Shown piece by piece: positions 50,142 through 59,981 of a stretch of 64,000 nt of DNA. The notes below the pieces were generated by a model that searched no databases, was not told the DNA's origin, and saw nothing but the letters and a program-made list of their open reading frames with translations. Numbering within the stretch: the first letter of the stretch is position 1; every line of letters begins with the position of its first letter. Source of the DNA: Thermodesulfobacteriota bacterium (GTDB lineage Bacteria > Desulfobacterota_D > UBA1144 > Nemesobacterales > UBA2774); NCBI GenBank assembly GCA_965223335.1, contig OZ244991.1:1568001-1632000 (forward strand). The letters are read 5' to 3'. The translations under genes were made by a program, and so were the position numbers.

Positions 50142-51149
50142 TTAGCGGATTGACCAGCCAAAGCTGTAGCGGAACGATGCCCTGATATTTAATTTCTCTA
50201 AACTTCCCCAGCTCGCGGGGAACGGACTAAATGGTGAGGCTTCACGTATGGCAGTCATCGCCTCGTTATCCAAGCGTGCATAGCCCGATGATCTTATCAG
50301 GCGTATGTTGTCGAGTGCCCCGCTCCTTCTTATTGTGAAGGTCAAAAACAGCTCTCCCTGCTCGCCCCTAGCCCTCGAAATCTCGGGGTAGTTCCAGACC
50401 CCCTCTATCTGACGTTTAAGCTTAGTGAAGTACGAGAGGTACTTGAACTCTGTGGTGTTTAAGTCGACGGTGTCCTCTTTTTTGTTGACGTCTCTTGCCC
50501 CTAGCAAGTCGTTGGGTTGTCGCGCTTGTTGCTGGGGAGGGGTTTGTGCGGCATTAAACAATTGTTCCTTCGTAAGGTTGGGAAGCTCGGTCTTGGAGTT
50601 CTCTCTATTAACGGATTTGGGCTCTTTCCTCTGTTCTTTTAGTTGTTCTTTGGGTAGTGCCGCCAGCGTTTTTTCACGAAGGAGTTTAGGATTCCTTATT
50701 TGTTCTCTCACATTTTTTCTCTCGGGTTGTTTAACTATTTTCTCCTCGGGTTTAGGTTGAGCTTTCTTAACCTGCTTTTGTTGCGGTTTCGGTTTTGGTT
50801 TTGCCGCAGGTACTGGTTTTGGGAGCGGTGGGGTGGTCGAGGATTGCTTTGTGAATTCGTCCCTAGTCTTTTCTTGATCAGTCCTATGCGAGCGTTCCGC
50901 GAGTCGTTTCGGGACTTCGGGCGGTTTTGTTTCCTTTTCTTTCGGTACCGGGACCTCGGTTATTTCGATGTACTCGGGCTGTTTTTTCTCATCTTTTTTA
51001 GCTGTTTGAATGTCTATATTGAAGCTGTTGTACAAAATTATGGATACCAATAAGATGAAGTGGAAAAGTATAGAGGCTAGAATAAGCGGTATAAGCAGGG
51101 TTCTGCGCTTTTTTCTTCTTTTAATCCGAGGAAAATTTCTCACGTTCAT
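50142..51149 (-). CDS. TonB family energy transducer
   Basis: N-terminal TM with SILFH, Pro/Lys-rich linker, C-terminal WNYP...G...SSG...LD.EA. Confidence 0.85.
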   Translation of the reverse strand: MNVRNFPRIKRRKKRRTLLIPLILASILFHFILLVSIILYNSFNIDIQTAKKDEKKQPEYIEITEVPVPKEKETKPPEVPKRLAERSHRTDQEKTRDEFTKQSSTTPPLPKPVPAAKPKPKPQQKQVKKAQPKPEEKIVKQPERKNVREQIRNPKLLREKTLAALPKEQLKEQRKEPKSVNRENSKTELPNLTKEQLFNAAQTPPQQQARQPNDLLGARDVNKKEDTVDLNTTEFKYLSYFTKLKRQIEGVWNYPEISRARGEQGELFLTFTIRRSGALDNIRLIRSSGYARLDNEAMTAIREASPFSPFPASWGSLEKLNIRASFRYSFGWSIR

Positions 51150-51192
51150 AATGATACCACTAGCCCAATTTTTTTGCTATCGTTATTATGTG

Positions 51193-52008
51193 CTAGCACC
51201 CATTCTTAACAAAAAGCTTTAACAATGCATTGTTCCATCCCCCGGGGCCTATCCCATCGGCGTGTATCATGTTCTCAATCATTGCATCCTGCTCATAAGT
51301 CCCATCAGGTTTTTGCACCAGTACCGGTGTATCTACACTCTCGAGCAAGGGTATATCGTTAAGGCTATCACCGATGCCTATGGTTTCAACCAATTTATGC
51401 TCACGTGCATATAAATCGGTTAATATCCGGACGGCTCTCCCTTTATTACTAGTCCCCATAATATGGTGGAATCTACCCCCTTTTGTGTATGACCAGCCAG
51501 CATTGTAAATGGCATCTTTAAGAACCTGTATATCGGTGCTTCGATTGGGGATTATAAAAGGCTCGTCATACTCCCGTTGTTGTGCCAAAACTGCGGAATC
51601 AATATCCAGTCCAGTGAGTTCAGAGACCTCCTGGGGGCTCATCCCGCTTAATGTTTTTGTAGCTATACCCAAGTCATTTGATATCTTTTCGAGTGAACTC
51701 CGAAGTGTTTCGGCCGGTGTGCCGAGCTCAATTACATTATAGCCGTTTAGTTTCTTATCATACTCATATTCGGTCTCGAAGTAGTCTCTGGGTACAAACA
51801 CTGCCCCTCCGTTCTCTGATATAAAAGGATCGGTGTTGTGGAGCAATTCTCTCCAATGCTCTATCTCTGCCCTGGTCTTGCTTGTGCATATGACAAGTGG
51901 AGTATCGTTTGCTCTTAGGAGTTCGAGAGCTTCAGTTGCCGGGCTAAATGAATAAGTAGTGTGGTCAAGCAGTGTGCCGTCTAGGTCGGTATAAACTACT
52001 CTAAACAT
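51193..52008 (-). CDS. mpgP: Mannosyl/glucosyl-3-phosphoglycerate phosphatase (HAD IIB)
   Basis: TDLDGTLLD, TSKTRAE, ENG, REYDEP, GGRF.H, GDSLND. Confidence 0.88.
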   Translation of the reverse strand: MFRVVYTDLDGTLLDHTTYSFSPATEALELLRANDTPLVICTSKTRAEIEHWRELLHNTDPFISENGGAVFVPRDYFETEYEYDKKLNGYNVIELGTPAETLRSSLEKISNDLGIATKTLSGMSPQEVSELTGLDIDSAVLAQQREYDEPFIIPNRSTDIQVLKDAIYNAGWSYTKGGRFHHIMGTSNKGRAVRILTDLYAREHKLVETIGIGDSLNDIPLLESVDTPVLVQKPDGTYEQDAMIENMIHADGIGPGGWNNALLKLFVKNGC

Positions 52009-53209
52009 TGTCTTGGTCAACGGCTTCTTTTAACTGCTCCAGAAAATCGGGTATTGCGGAGGTAACACGGCTCCAGTTTGAGATGAGCGGGGCATCGAAC
52101 GGGTTCTCTAAAAAAGTTTCACTGGCTGCTTTTATACCCTGCACAAAGGTCTCAACAGCCAGGTTCTCTGCATGGCGGTCAAAGAACAGGCCGTTTATTG
52201 CCGCATCGTCGTTATACATCTTGATCGTGTCCTGAGCAAGCCTCAGATACGTCACGATTAGAGTGTTAAAAAAGCTGTCCGAAAAAATCACTCCTTCAGA
52301 GGCCAGCATCCTGAAAAGCGATTTTGATATGTCGGTGCACATCTTGAGCAGACCGCTGCCGGGGCTGTCCGATCCCATGCTCTGGTGTTTGTGCTCGTAG
52401 TTGTCGCATAGGTCCACTTGGCAGATACGCTTAAGTGAGACGTTTCTAAATACCTCGGCCAAAGAGCCTACCTCAAGTCCCCAGTCGGCGGGGATCCTGT
52501 TTACACGTGCCAGGTCTGCCTTCATCGAGAACTCCCCCGCAAGCGGATACCTAAAGCTGTCTAGGTATACCAGAAACGGGAGATGTCCGACTATTTTTTT
52601 AAAAGACCTTATTATGGGTGAGATGAACAGCCTTGTTACCCTGCCGTACATCCTGTCTGTAACCCGTTGGTAAAACCCTTTGCAAAACTCATAGTCCATG
52701 TTGGGGTTAGTGATCGGATAACAAAGTCTTGCCAGCAGTTCCCGGCTATAGGTAACAATATCGCAGTCATGCAGAGCTATAATCTCGCTCGACTCCTGGG
52801 CCAAAACATAGCCGTATGCTATCCACGCAGCTCTGCCTTTGCCCCTGTCGCCGGCATCGATACCGTTCTCCTTTAGCAGATTAAACAGATTCTGAATCTT
52901 CTCTCCGTCGTCCCAGATCAGTTTGCAGTTCTGCGGGAGGATTGAAAAGAACTCCTGGGCATGGCGAAACTCGTCTTCGTTAGCCCTTCCGATTGTGATC
53001 ACAATCTCGTTTAAGTACTCTACATCCTTTAATTTTTGAAGTATTCCGGGGAGTGCAGTACCTTGAAGTTCGGAGTATAAACACGGCAGCACCAGTGCTA
53101 TGGGGCGTGACTCTGAGAACTCTACAAGCTCTTCTTCAAGCTGTGCCAGGTTGTCCTTATTTAGTCTATGAAGCGTGGAAATGGTCTCTGTTTGATGGAA
53201 GTCACCCAT
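52001..53209 (-). CDS. Glucosyl-3-phosphoglycerate synthase-like glycosyltransferase
   Basis: LVLPCLYSE, GKGRAAW, HDCDI, GRVTRL, FRYPLAGEF, DWGLEVG, YEHKHQ; overlaps the phosphatase gene. Confidence 0.82.
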   Translation of the reverse strand: MGDFHQTETISTLHRLNKDNLAQLEEELVEFSESRPIALVLPCLYSELQGTALPGILQKLKDVEYLNEIVITIGRANEDEFRHAQEFFSILPQNCKLIWDDGEKIQNLFNLLKENGIDAGDRGKGRAAWIAYGYVLAQESSEIIALHDCDIVTYSRELLARLCYPITNPNMDYEFCKGFYQRVTDRMYGRVTRLFISPIIRSFKKIVGHLPFLVYLDSFRYPLAGEFSMKADLARVNRIPADWGLEVGSLAEVFRNVSLKRICQVDLCDNYEHKHQSMGSDSPGSGLLKMCTDISKSLFRMLASEGVIFSDSFFNTLIVTYLRLAQDTIKMYNDDAAINGLFFDRHAENLAVETFVQGIKAASETFLENPFDAPLISNWSRVTSAIPDFLEQLKEAVDQDNV

Positions 53210-53302
53210 GTATTCTAACCTCGGACAAAACTATAATAACACATAATAAGTCTAACCGATAATATACGCCCGATGTGTGAAGAATGTATTAATCTTAGCG
53301 GT

Positions 53303-53890
53303 TTAAGAGTTGATGAAGTACCTTATGACTATGAATCCCAGTACGAGTAGGACAAAGAAAAGAGTGACCAGTAGGTTGAAATATTTATCGATAAACGATT
53401 TTATGCTGCTGCCGAATGCATAGATGAGACCAGCTTCCAAGAAGAATCTTGCCGAACGGCCTATTGCTGATGCTATAACAAGCACTAGCAGGTTAATCTT
53501 GAATACACCGGCGGCAATTGTAAACACCTTGTAGGGAATCGGGGTGAATGCGGCACCCAACACTGCCAAAAATGCGTTCTGTTCATACTTGGCAGCTACG
53601 AAATTAAATGCCTGTTCGCTGAATATGTAGTTTAGGAAAAACTCGTCCACTAACTCCCATATGCCCCATCCTATCAGATAGCCTGCAATCCCGCCCAGCA
53701 CCGACATAACCGAGCACACCACTGCATAGTAAAAAGACCTAGACGGCTTACCCAGGCAAAGTGCCATTAGCAGAGGGTCGGGCGGTACTAAGAAAAACGA
53801 TGACTCTGCAAATGAAACTGCTGCGAGAACCGGTACTCCGTACCTTGTATCCGACCAGCTCAACACCCAGTCATAAAGTCTTCTCAACAT
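53303..53890 (-). CDS. YqaA/DedA (VTT domain) membrane protein
   Basis: SFAESSFF.VPPD, FTPIPYKVFTI, GRSARFF. Confidence 0.9.
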   Translation of the reverse strand: MLRRLYDWVLSWSDTRYGVPVLAAVSFAESSFFLVPPDPLLMALCLGKPSRSFYYAVVCSVMSVLGGIAGYLIGWGIWELVDEFFLNYIFSEQAFNFVAAKYEQNAFLAVLGAAFTPIPYKVFTIAAGVFKINLLVLVIASAIGRSARFFLEAGLIYAFGSSIKSFIDKYFNLLVTLFFVLLVLGFIVIRYFINS

Positions 53891-53895
53891 TCGGT

Positions 53896-54648
53896 TTAGG
53901 TCTCCAGTATATCTTTCAATGTTATGAGGTAGTCGTGGTCGGTGTAGTCGAGTTTTATAGGTGTAACAGATACATAGCCCTCTTTTACAGCGACTATATC
54001 CGAACTCTCTATATCGAGGAACCCCAGCTCGTCTCCCCCGATCCAGTAGTATTTCTTCCCCCTTGGGTCCACCTTCTCTACTATGGGCTCTCCGTACACA
54101 CGCTTCCCCTGTTTTGTTACAATGACACCCTTTATCTGCGATTCGCTTAGATCCGGCACGTTTACGTTAAGCAGTGTGTCATCGGGGAGTTTATTCTCGA
54201 TTACGTGTTGGGCTATGAGCAAGGCGTATTTAGCTGCAGCCTCAAAATCAAAACTGTTTTTACTCGCAAGCGAGATTGCCACAGACGGCACACCTAGCAG
54301 TGTGCCCTCCATCGCAGCACTCACCGTGCCCGAGTAGCTTATGTCATCCCCCAGGTTCTCGCCCTTGTTAATTCCCGACACAACAAGGTCGGGCTTATGG
54401 TCTTTTAGTATTCCGTTAATCGCCAGATTCACACAGTCGGTCGGTGTGCCGTCCACACTGTACACCGTGTCTGCTATCTTAGAGATCCTAAGCGGTCTCC
54501 AGAGGCTAAGCGAATGACTAGCTGCACTCTGATCTCGGTCGGGGGCTACAATAAACACCTCTCCCAATACGGATAGGGCATCGTTAAGAGCATATAGTCC
54601 TTCCGAGTTAATACCATCGTCGTTAGATATAAGTATCTTAGTAGGCAT
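53896..54648 (-). CDS. surE: 5'/3'-nucleotidase SurE
   Basis: ISNDDGI, GTPTDCV, SGINKGEN, YSGTVSAAMEG, LNVNVP. Confidence 0.96.
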   Translation of the reverse strand: MPTKILISNDDGINSEGLYALNDALSVLGEVFIVAPDRDQSAASHSLSLWRPLRISKIADTVYSVDGTPTDCVNLAINGILKDHKPDLVVSGINKGENLGDDISYSGTVSAAMEGTLLGVPSVAISLASKNSFDFEAAAKYALLIAQHVIENKLPDDTLLNVNVPDLSESQIKGVIVTKQGKRVYGEPIVEKVDPRGKKYYWIGGDELGFLDIESSDIVAVKEGYVSVTPIKLDYTDHDYLITLKDILET

Positions 54649-54781
54649 CTGATCAGTAGTTGTATATAGATCGATAGTTGCTGATTTCGGGCTATTAGGT
54701 TGGATACCATACCCGAAAGGTGGGATTTTTAAAGTTATATTTCGCCCCTGGGTATAGTGGATAATTGAATTGCTTAAAGAA

Positions 54782-54858
54782 TGGTCGGGGTGGCCGGACT
54801 TGAACCGGCGACCTCCGGACCCCCAGTCCGATGCGCTACCAGTCTGCGCTACACCCCG
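54782..54858 (-). tRNA. tRNA-Pro(GGG)
   Basis: Reverse complement CGGGGTGTAGCGCAGACTGGTAGCGCATCGGACTGGGGGTCCGGAGGTCGCCGGTTCAAGTCCGGCCACCCCGACCA; anticodon GGG, CCA encoded. Confidence 0.97.
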
Positions 54859-54909
54859 TGTGTAGGATATTATAACTATTCTGTATAATTAATTTAGGGG
54901 GAACAGATA

Positions 54910-55254
54910 TTAACCAAGCTTCTGGTGTATGGATTTTAATTCGCTTAGAACATCGTGGAGGAGAACGTTTACCTTGGTGCTCACACGCTGTTGGTTGTTC
55001 TCTTCTTTTAGCTTTTTCTTGGCACCTGCTATTGTGAAATTCTGTTCGTACAGCATGTGCTTTATCTTCATGACAGTGTGTATGGTCTCACGGTCATATA
55101 GTCGCTGAGATTTCCTTCTGATCGGTTTAATTTCGTCGAACTCACTTTCCCAGTATCTAAGCACATATGGTTTTATGCCCGTGAATTCGCTAACCTCGCC
55201 GATTCTAAAGTAAATTTTGTCGGGGAGTGTTATTTCCGCCCGTTGATTAAGCAT
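54910..55254 (-). CDS. MerR-family transcriptional regulator
   Basis: PDKIYFRIGEV, YVLRYWESEF, R.Y, FTIAGAKK. Confidence 0.92.
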   Translation of the reverse strand: MLNQRAEITLPDKIYFRIGEVSEFTGIKPYVLRYWESEFDEIKPIRRKSQRLYDRETIHTVMKIKHMLYEQNFTIAGAKKKLKEENNQQRVSTKVNVLLHDVLSELKSIHQKLG

Positions 55255-55260
55255 GTCTAA

Positions 55261-55289
55261 AAATTAGAACAATTATGAGTAAATGTCAA
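55261..55289 (-). promoter_or_regulatory. Sigma70 promoter giving a probable leaderless merR mRNA
   Basis: TTGACA-17 nt-TAATTT-6 nt-ATG; no SD. Confidence 0.55.
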
Positions 55290-55353
55290 GTATTTACTGT
55301 AAACAACTTAAATATATGTGAAAATAATACCAAGCGATATTAGACAGTTAGAG

Positions 55354-55956
55354 CTAAAGAACTCCCCGAAAACTGAGCCGGTGTATCGAGCTTGGGCCGT
55401 GCACACGGAGAGTCTCGAGGTGCTCTTTGGTAGGGTATCCCTTGTTTTGCTTAAAGTTATACACCGGGTACTCGGTGTGGTACTCCTCCATGATCTTGTC
55501 ACGGGTTACCTTGGCCACTATCGAGGCCGCTGCGATCGAGGAGCATTTGGAATCCCCCTTAACTATGGTCCATTGCGGTAAAGGGCACTCAATGCCTTTG
55601 TTGCCGTCAATTAACAGGTGATCGGGTTTATCCCCTAGATCGGTGACTGCGTTCTTCATAGCCAGGAGTGCTGCTTGAAGTATATTGATATTGTCAATTA
55701 TCCCCGGTTCCACAATCCCTATGGCGTATGCAGTGGCGGACTCGGTAATAGTTTGAAAGAGGGTCTCCCTTTTTTTCTCGCTCAGTTTTTTAGAGTCGTT
55801 TAGGCCCTCGATCTGCATATCCCTTGGCAGAATCACTGCCGCGGCTACCACTGGCCCCGCGAGCGGCCCCCTGCCCACCTCATCGATACCTGCAGGGGTC
55901 TTGCCCATTGACCAGAGCTTCTGTTCGTAGGAATAGTTGGGTCCTTTAGATTTCAT
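55354..55956 (-). CDS. rnhB: Ribonuclease HII
   Basis: GIDEVGRGPLAGPV, DSKKL, IDG, KGD, AASIVAKVTRD, KGYPT, HRLSF. Confidence 0.96.
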   Translation of the reverse strand: MKSKGPNYSYEQKLWSMGKTPAGIDEVGRGPLAGPVVAAAVILPRDMQIEGLNDSKKLSEKKRETLFQTITESATAYAIGIVEPGIIDNINILQAALLAMKNAVTDLGDKPDHLLIDGNKGIECPLPQWTIVKGDSKCSSIAAASIVAKVTRDKIMEEYHTEYPVYNFKQNKGYPTKEHLETLRVHGPSSIHRLSFRGVL

Positions 55957-55996
55957 TTGGTCCGATGAGTTAAAAACCTACAAGCAAAGTTGATTG

Positions 55997-56875
55997 TCAC
56001 ACTAACCCGTAATCCGCTAGCACGGACCTAAGAGCATCATAGTTCTCTTGTTTCATCTCTGTTAGCGGCAGTCTGTATTCGTATCTTATCTTATCCATCA
56101 TACTGAGTGCAGCTTTGACCGGTATGGGGTTAGTCTCAATAAACATGGCTTCGTTAAGTGCGAGCAGTTCGTAGTGTATGGCACGCGCCCTCTCGGTATC
56201 TCCACCTGCGAAAGAGTCGTAGAGCTCAGCTACTTTTGCCGGTACTACATTGGCGGTAACCGTGATAAAGCCTCTTGCACCGATGGCAAGCAGCGGATAG
56301 TTTAGTGCGTCTTCGCCCGAGAGCAAAATAAAGTCCTGTCCGCACTCATGAAGTATCTTGCTTGCGTGCTGGATCGAGCCTGTGGCCTCTTTAACCCCTA
56401 CTATGTTTGCGCAGTCCCCAGCGAGCCTTGCAATGGTGTGCTCGTTCATATTTATACCCGAGCGGCCCGGGATGTTGTAGAGGATAATTGGGATATCTAC
56501 CTGTGAGGCTATATGTTTGAAATGTAGGTAGAGGCCTTCTTGAGTGGGTTTGTTATAGTACGGGACTACGACTAGTGCTGCGTCGGCACCGGCCTGTTCT
56601 GCAAACCTGGTGAGCCGTATGGCTTCGCGCGTGGAATTCGAGCCTGTCCCTGCTATAACCGGTACCCTTTTGTTTACAATCTCGACGGTCTTTTCAATGA
56701 CATATTCATGCTCTTCGTGCGAAAGAGTGGGTGATTCTCCCGTGGTGCCGCAGGGCACTATGCCGTGTGTACCGTTTTCAATCTGATTTTCTATAAGGTT
56801 TGTGAGTGCGTCTTCGTCAATTTTTCCGTTTTTAAAAGGAGTTACGATTGCAACGATAGAACCGTGAATAGTCAT
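55997..56875 (-). CDS. dapA: 4-hydroxy-tetrahydrodipicolinate synthase
   Basis: GTTGES, PYYNKP, YNIPGR, GVKEA, ETNPIPVK. Confidence 0.96.
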   Translation of the reverse strand: MTIHGSIVAIVTPFKNGKIDEDALTNLIENQIENGTHGIVPCGTTGESPTLSHEEHEYVIEKTVEIVNKRVPVIAGTGSNSTREAIRLTRFAEQAGADAALVVVPYYNKPTQEGLYLHFKHIASQVDIPIILYNIPGRSGINMNEHTIARLAGDCANIVGVKEATGSIQHASKILHECGQDFILLSGEDALNYPLLAIGARGFITVTANVVPAKVAELYDSFAGGDTERARAIHYELLALNEAMFIETNPIPVKAALSMMDKIRYEYRLPLTEMKQENYDALRSVLADYGLV

Positions 56876-56995
56876 CTGCTCCCCCTTTGAGTCGATCTGT
56901 TCATTATAGTTTAGACTCTCGGGAAATCAAGAAATTCGACCACGGGGGGACTCTGATACACTCATGTTTACTATATATAGTGGTGGGGAAATGAT

Positions 56996-57541
56996 TCAGA
57001 CGGTTTTAACCTCGGCGCCACAGCTAAAACAGAATTTGCTAGTGCTTGGGATTTTAGTGCCGCACATTCCGCAGAACATATGATCAACCCCGGTCGTCGG
57101 GGTCTCAGCGGCACCGGCTTTTAATGTGTCCTGAACCACTGCTTTAAGCTCGCTCCAGGGCTCATAAGCAGCATTATGAAATTCCATAATATCCACTTTG
57201 TTGGCCGATGTTATGGTGAGTTTGGATTCTTCCCTCTCAAACTCGTACTCGATGTGTTCGATCAATTGTAGAGGGATTTCTCTAAATTTCTTTAATGTCG
57301 ATGCATTCCTTAACACGATCACCCTGGATGATGTGAGGACAAACCACGAGCTGTAATAAATGTTGCTGTCGCGAAACGAAGGTGCTTTATATATAGCGCG
57401 AATGGTGCGCAGTGTTAGAATTATATTTTCATTTTCTTCTACGTATCTCTCTACGGCTTCCCGCAGACTGGGTGGTAGCGTGTCGTATACAGGGTTAAAT
57501 AAACCGTCTATTAATGATCTAAAACTCTCTAGGATCGCCAT
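56996..57541 (-). CDS. Bacterial PH-like domain plus double zinc-ribbon protein
   Basis: LTSSRVI...EIPL..I; C-terminal CGMCG....SKFCFSCG. Confidence 0.7.
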   Translation of the reverse strand: MAILESFRSLIDGLFNPVYDTLPPSLREAVERYVEENENIILTLRTIRAIYKAPSFRDSNIYYSSWFVLTSSRVIVLRNASTLKKFREIPLQLIEHIEYEFEREESKLTITSANKVDIMEFHNAAYEPWSELKAVVQDTLKAGAAETPTTGVDHMFCGMCGTKIPSTSKFCFSCGAEVKTV

Positions 57542-58564
57542 CTATATATGTTTTTCTATCAATAGCTCTGCGATTTGGATCGCGTTTAATGCGGCACCTT
57601 TTCTCAGTTGATCACCTACTACCCAAAGGCTAAGCCCGTACGGCACGGTGTAGTCCTCACGAACCCTCCCGACATAGCAGTCGTCCTTGCCGGCTACTAT
57701 GGTCGGCATGGGATAGGTCTCGGTATCGGGGTCGTCCATAAGTGTTGTACCCTGAAACCCGGAGATTGCTTTTTTCGCTTCCTCTGCCGTGACTTTATCC
57801 TCCGTCTCGATGTTGACTGCGACCGAGTGTGCCCTAAACACAGGCACCCTCACCGTGGTAGCCGTGAGTGCGATGGTGTCGTCGCTCAGTATCTTCTGCG
57901 TCTCGTTATGGAGCTTCATCTCCTCTTTTGTGTAACCGTTATCGAGGAACGAATCTATATGGGGCAGCAGGTTAAAGGCTATGGGGTAGGGGAACACATC
58001 ACACTCGGAAGGGTCAGACGTTGCCCACGCTCGGGTCTGGTGCTCAAGCTCTTCCATGGCTGCGGCCCCTGCACCCGACACCGCCTGGTAGCTCGCAGCA
58101 ACCACTCGCTTTATCCTGCTTAAATCGTAAATGGGTTTTAATGCCATAAGTGTTACGGCGGTAGTGCAGTTGGGGTTTGCTATGATACCGGTGTTTTTAT
58201 AGTCGGCTGCGGCATCGGGGTTGATTTCGGGTATCACAAGCGGTGTATCGGGGTCCATTCTAAATGCAGAGCTATTGTCTATGACCACAGCCCCTGCTTC
58301 CACAGCGTGGGGTGCAAACTCTTTACTCCTCGATGAACCCGCGGAGAAAAACGCTATATCTATCCCGTTGAATGAATTCTTGTTCAGTGCGCAGACCTTA
58401 TATGAAGTGCCGTTAAACTTAAGCTCTTTCCCTACCGATCTCTCCGATGCGAGCGGCCTTAGTTCTCCTACTGGGAAAGACCTTTCCTCGAGTATGGAGA
58501 TCATCTCCTGTCCTACTGCTCCCGTAGCGCCTGCAATAGCTACGTTATATCTGTCCTTTTTCAT
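57542..58564 (-). CDS. asd: Aspartate-semialdehyde dehydrogenase
   Basis: GATGAVG, DNSSAFRM, ANPNCTT, YQAVSGAG, VRVPV..HS, KGAALNA. Confidence 0.96.
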   Translation of the reverse strand: MKKDRYNVAIAGATGAVGQEMISILEERSFPVGELRPLASERSVGKELKFNGTSYKVCALNKNSFNGIDIAFFSAGSSRSKEFAPHAVEAGAVVIDNSSAFRMDPDTPLVIPEINPDAAADYKNTGIIANPNCTTAVTLMALKPIYDLSRIKRVVAASYQAVSGAGAAAMEELEHQTRAWATSDPSECDVFPYPIAFNLLPHIDSFLDNGYTKEEMKLHNETQKILSDDTIALTATTVRVPVFRAHSVAVNIETEDKVTAEEAKKAISGFQGTTLMDDPDTETYPMPTIVAGKDDCYVGRVREDYTVPYGLSLWVVGDQLRKGAALNAIQIAELLIEKHI

Positions 58565-58582
58565 AGCAATGCTCCAATTAGA

Positions 58583-59029
58583 TTACGTTTTCGTGTGTTT
58601 GGCTTCGATTCTAACCACTTTGTCTACGTTTTCTTGCTCCTCTTCATCAGGGGTGGCGCTGAACCAGGCATCTAAAATCTCCTTAGCAACAATATTGGAG
58701 GTGATTCTAAGGCTCATTGTCAGAACGTTTGCATGGTTCCATCTCCTTGCGCCCTCGGCCGTCTTGGCGTCGGTGCAAAGAGCCGCCCTTATTCCGGGCA
58801 CCTTGTTTGCTGCGATACAGACCCCTGTACCCGTCCAGCAAAACAGTATCCCCTCATCGCACTCACCCTCACGCACGCTGATTGCGACCTTCTCCGCCAC
58901 ATCCGTCCACTCGAGCGACTCGCCTGCAAGCGGGCCGTAAAGTATAACTTCGTTGCCCCTTTGCTTTAGGTCCTCGATCACAAAATCGGTCACATGAGTT
59001 TTTTCGTCACTACCTACCGCTATCTTCAT
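58583..59029 (-). CDS. RpiB/LacA/LacB family sugar-phosphate isomerase
   Basis: GILFCWTGTG..IAANKVPGIRAALC, A.RWNHAN. Confidence 0.88.
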   Translation of the reverse strand: MKIAVGSDEKTHVTDFVIEDLKQRGNEVILYGPLAGESLEWTDVAEKVAISVREGECDEGILFCWTGTGVCIAANKVPGIRAALCTDAKTAEGARRWNHANVLTMSLRITSNIVAKEILDAWFSATPDEEEQENVDKVVRIEAKHTKT

Positions 59030-59126
59030 AAGCTCCCAAAAAAAGTGTTAGTAGTTTAAATTAGTTGGGGGTTGGCTTCAAGCTGCTACGGCCTCGAGCT
59101 ATTTGGCACAGGCGCGGTATAAGGAA

Positions 59127-59462
59127 TTATGTCGAGTGATTGTATTTTTTTATTGTTACCTTTTCCATAGTTACGAGCCCGCCCCTAACGGTCTCGTCCA
59201 AAAACGGCAAAAGGAGATCGATCTTATCTTCTGTGTCCACTATCTCTATCACTATGGGCAGGCTTTCTGAGAGTCGGAGAATCTTTGCGCTGTGTATAAG
59301 GCTCGATGCCCCGAACCCCATAATTCCACGGAGTACTGTTGCCCCTGCAAGGTGTAGCTCCCTTGCCCTGAGCACTATCTGTTCGAACAAAGCCTTCCCA
59401 TCGTATGTGTCCGACTCGTCTATGAATATGCGCAGTAAAACGGCTTGTTTGGGTAGTTCCAT
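59127..59462 (-). CDS. DUF190 (PII-like) protein
   Basis: LRIFI.E, LAGATVLRGIMGFG, LPIVIEIVD; usual partner of crcB. Confidence 0.9.
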   Translation of the reverse strand: MELPKQAVLLRIFIDESDTYDGKALFEQIVLRARELHLAGATVLRGIMGFGASSLIHSAKILRLSESLPIVIEIVDTEDKIDLLLPFLDETVRGGLVTMEKVTIKKYNHST

Positions 59463-59472
59463 TTGATATATC

Positions 59473-59859
59473 CTACCTTAATAAATCTGTTAATGACCGC
59501 GTGGTTACAAACCCCAAGTACACCAACAAAATCCCTAGAAGATTGCTCAAAATTATATTTAGGGCTGCCAGTCTAAACTCACCTTCGCGAAACAATGCAA
59601 AGCTCTCGATACCGAAAGTCGAGAAAGTTGTAAAAGCCCCCAGAATTCCTATCAGTATAAATGCTCTTGTGTTGGGTGAGGTCGTTGTGATCTCAAAAAG
59701 CTGCCAAATAAACCCGATAGCGAAACAACCCACTAAATTGACAGCCAGTGTGCCCCAGGGGAATACCCCGTCCATGTATCTGTACACAATCCCGGATAGT
59801 CCGTACCTAAGTGTCGCACCAATAGCTCCGCCCAACGCTATGATAAGAATCTTGAACAT
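59473..59859 (-). CDS. crcB: Fluoride channel Fluc
   Basis: GGAIGA.LRY, FPWGTLAVN, G.LGAFTTFSTF. Confidence 0.94.
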   Translation of the reverse strand: MFKILIIALGGAIGATLRYGLSGIVYRYMDGVFPWGTLAVNLVGCFAIGFIWQLFEITTTSPNTRAFILIGILGAFTTFSTFGIESFALFREGEFRLAALNIILSNLLGILLVYLGFVTTRSLTDLLR

Positions 59860-59946
59860 GATCTTTAGCTAATGTTTGATAAACACAGGCACCTATACTT
59901 TACATCGATCTACGAATAATATGCAACTCACTAATTAATGACCTAT

Positions 59947-59975
59947 TTGCCATTGATACAGTCTACAATTATATT
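59947..59975 (+). promoter_or_regulatory. Sigma70 promoter giving a probable leaderless mRNA for the Tam-like gene
   Basis: TTGCCA-17 nt-TATATT-6 nt-ATG; no SD. Confidence 0.55.
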
Positions 59976-59981
59976 CAAGTT

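Noticed and set aside
50700..50960. PKPKP/KKQ low-complexity repeats
   Set aside because: Normal TonB periplasmic linker, not a DNA repeat element
57608..58940. Long plus-strand ORFs (171 aa and 239 aa) and the many other antisense ORFs in the track
   Set aside because: Shadows of well-supported genes (asd, rpiB-like and others) with no recognisable motifs
59860..59980. Fluoride riboswitch upstream of crcB
   Set aside because: No GGCGATGG...CTGATG-like consensus visible on the minus strand; a covariance-model search would be definitive
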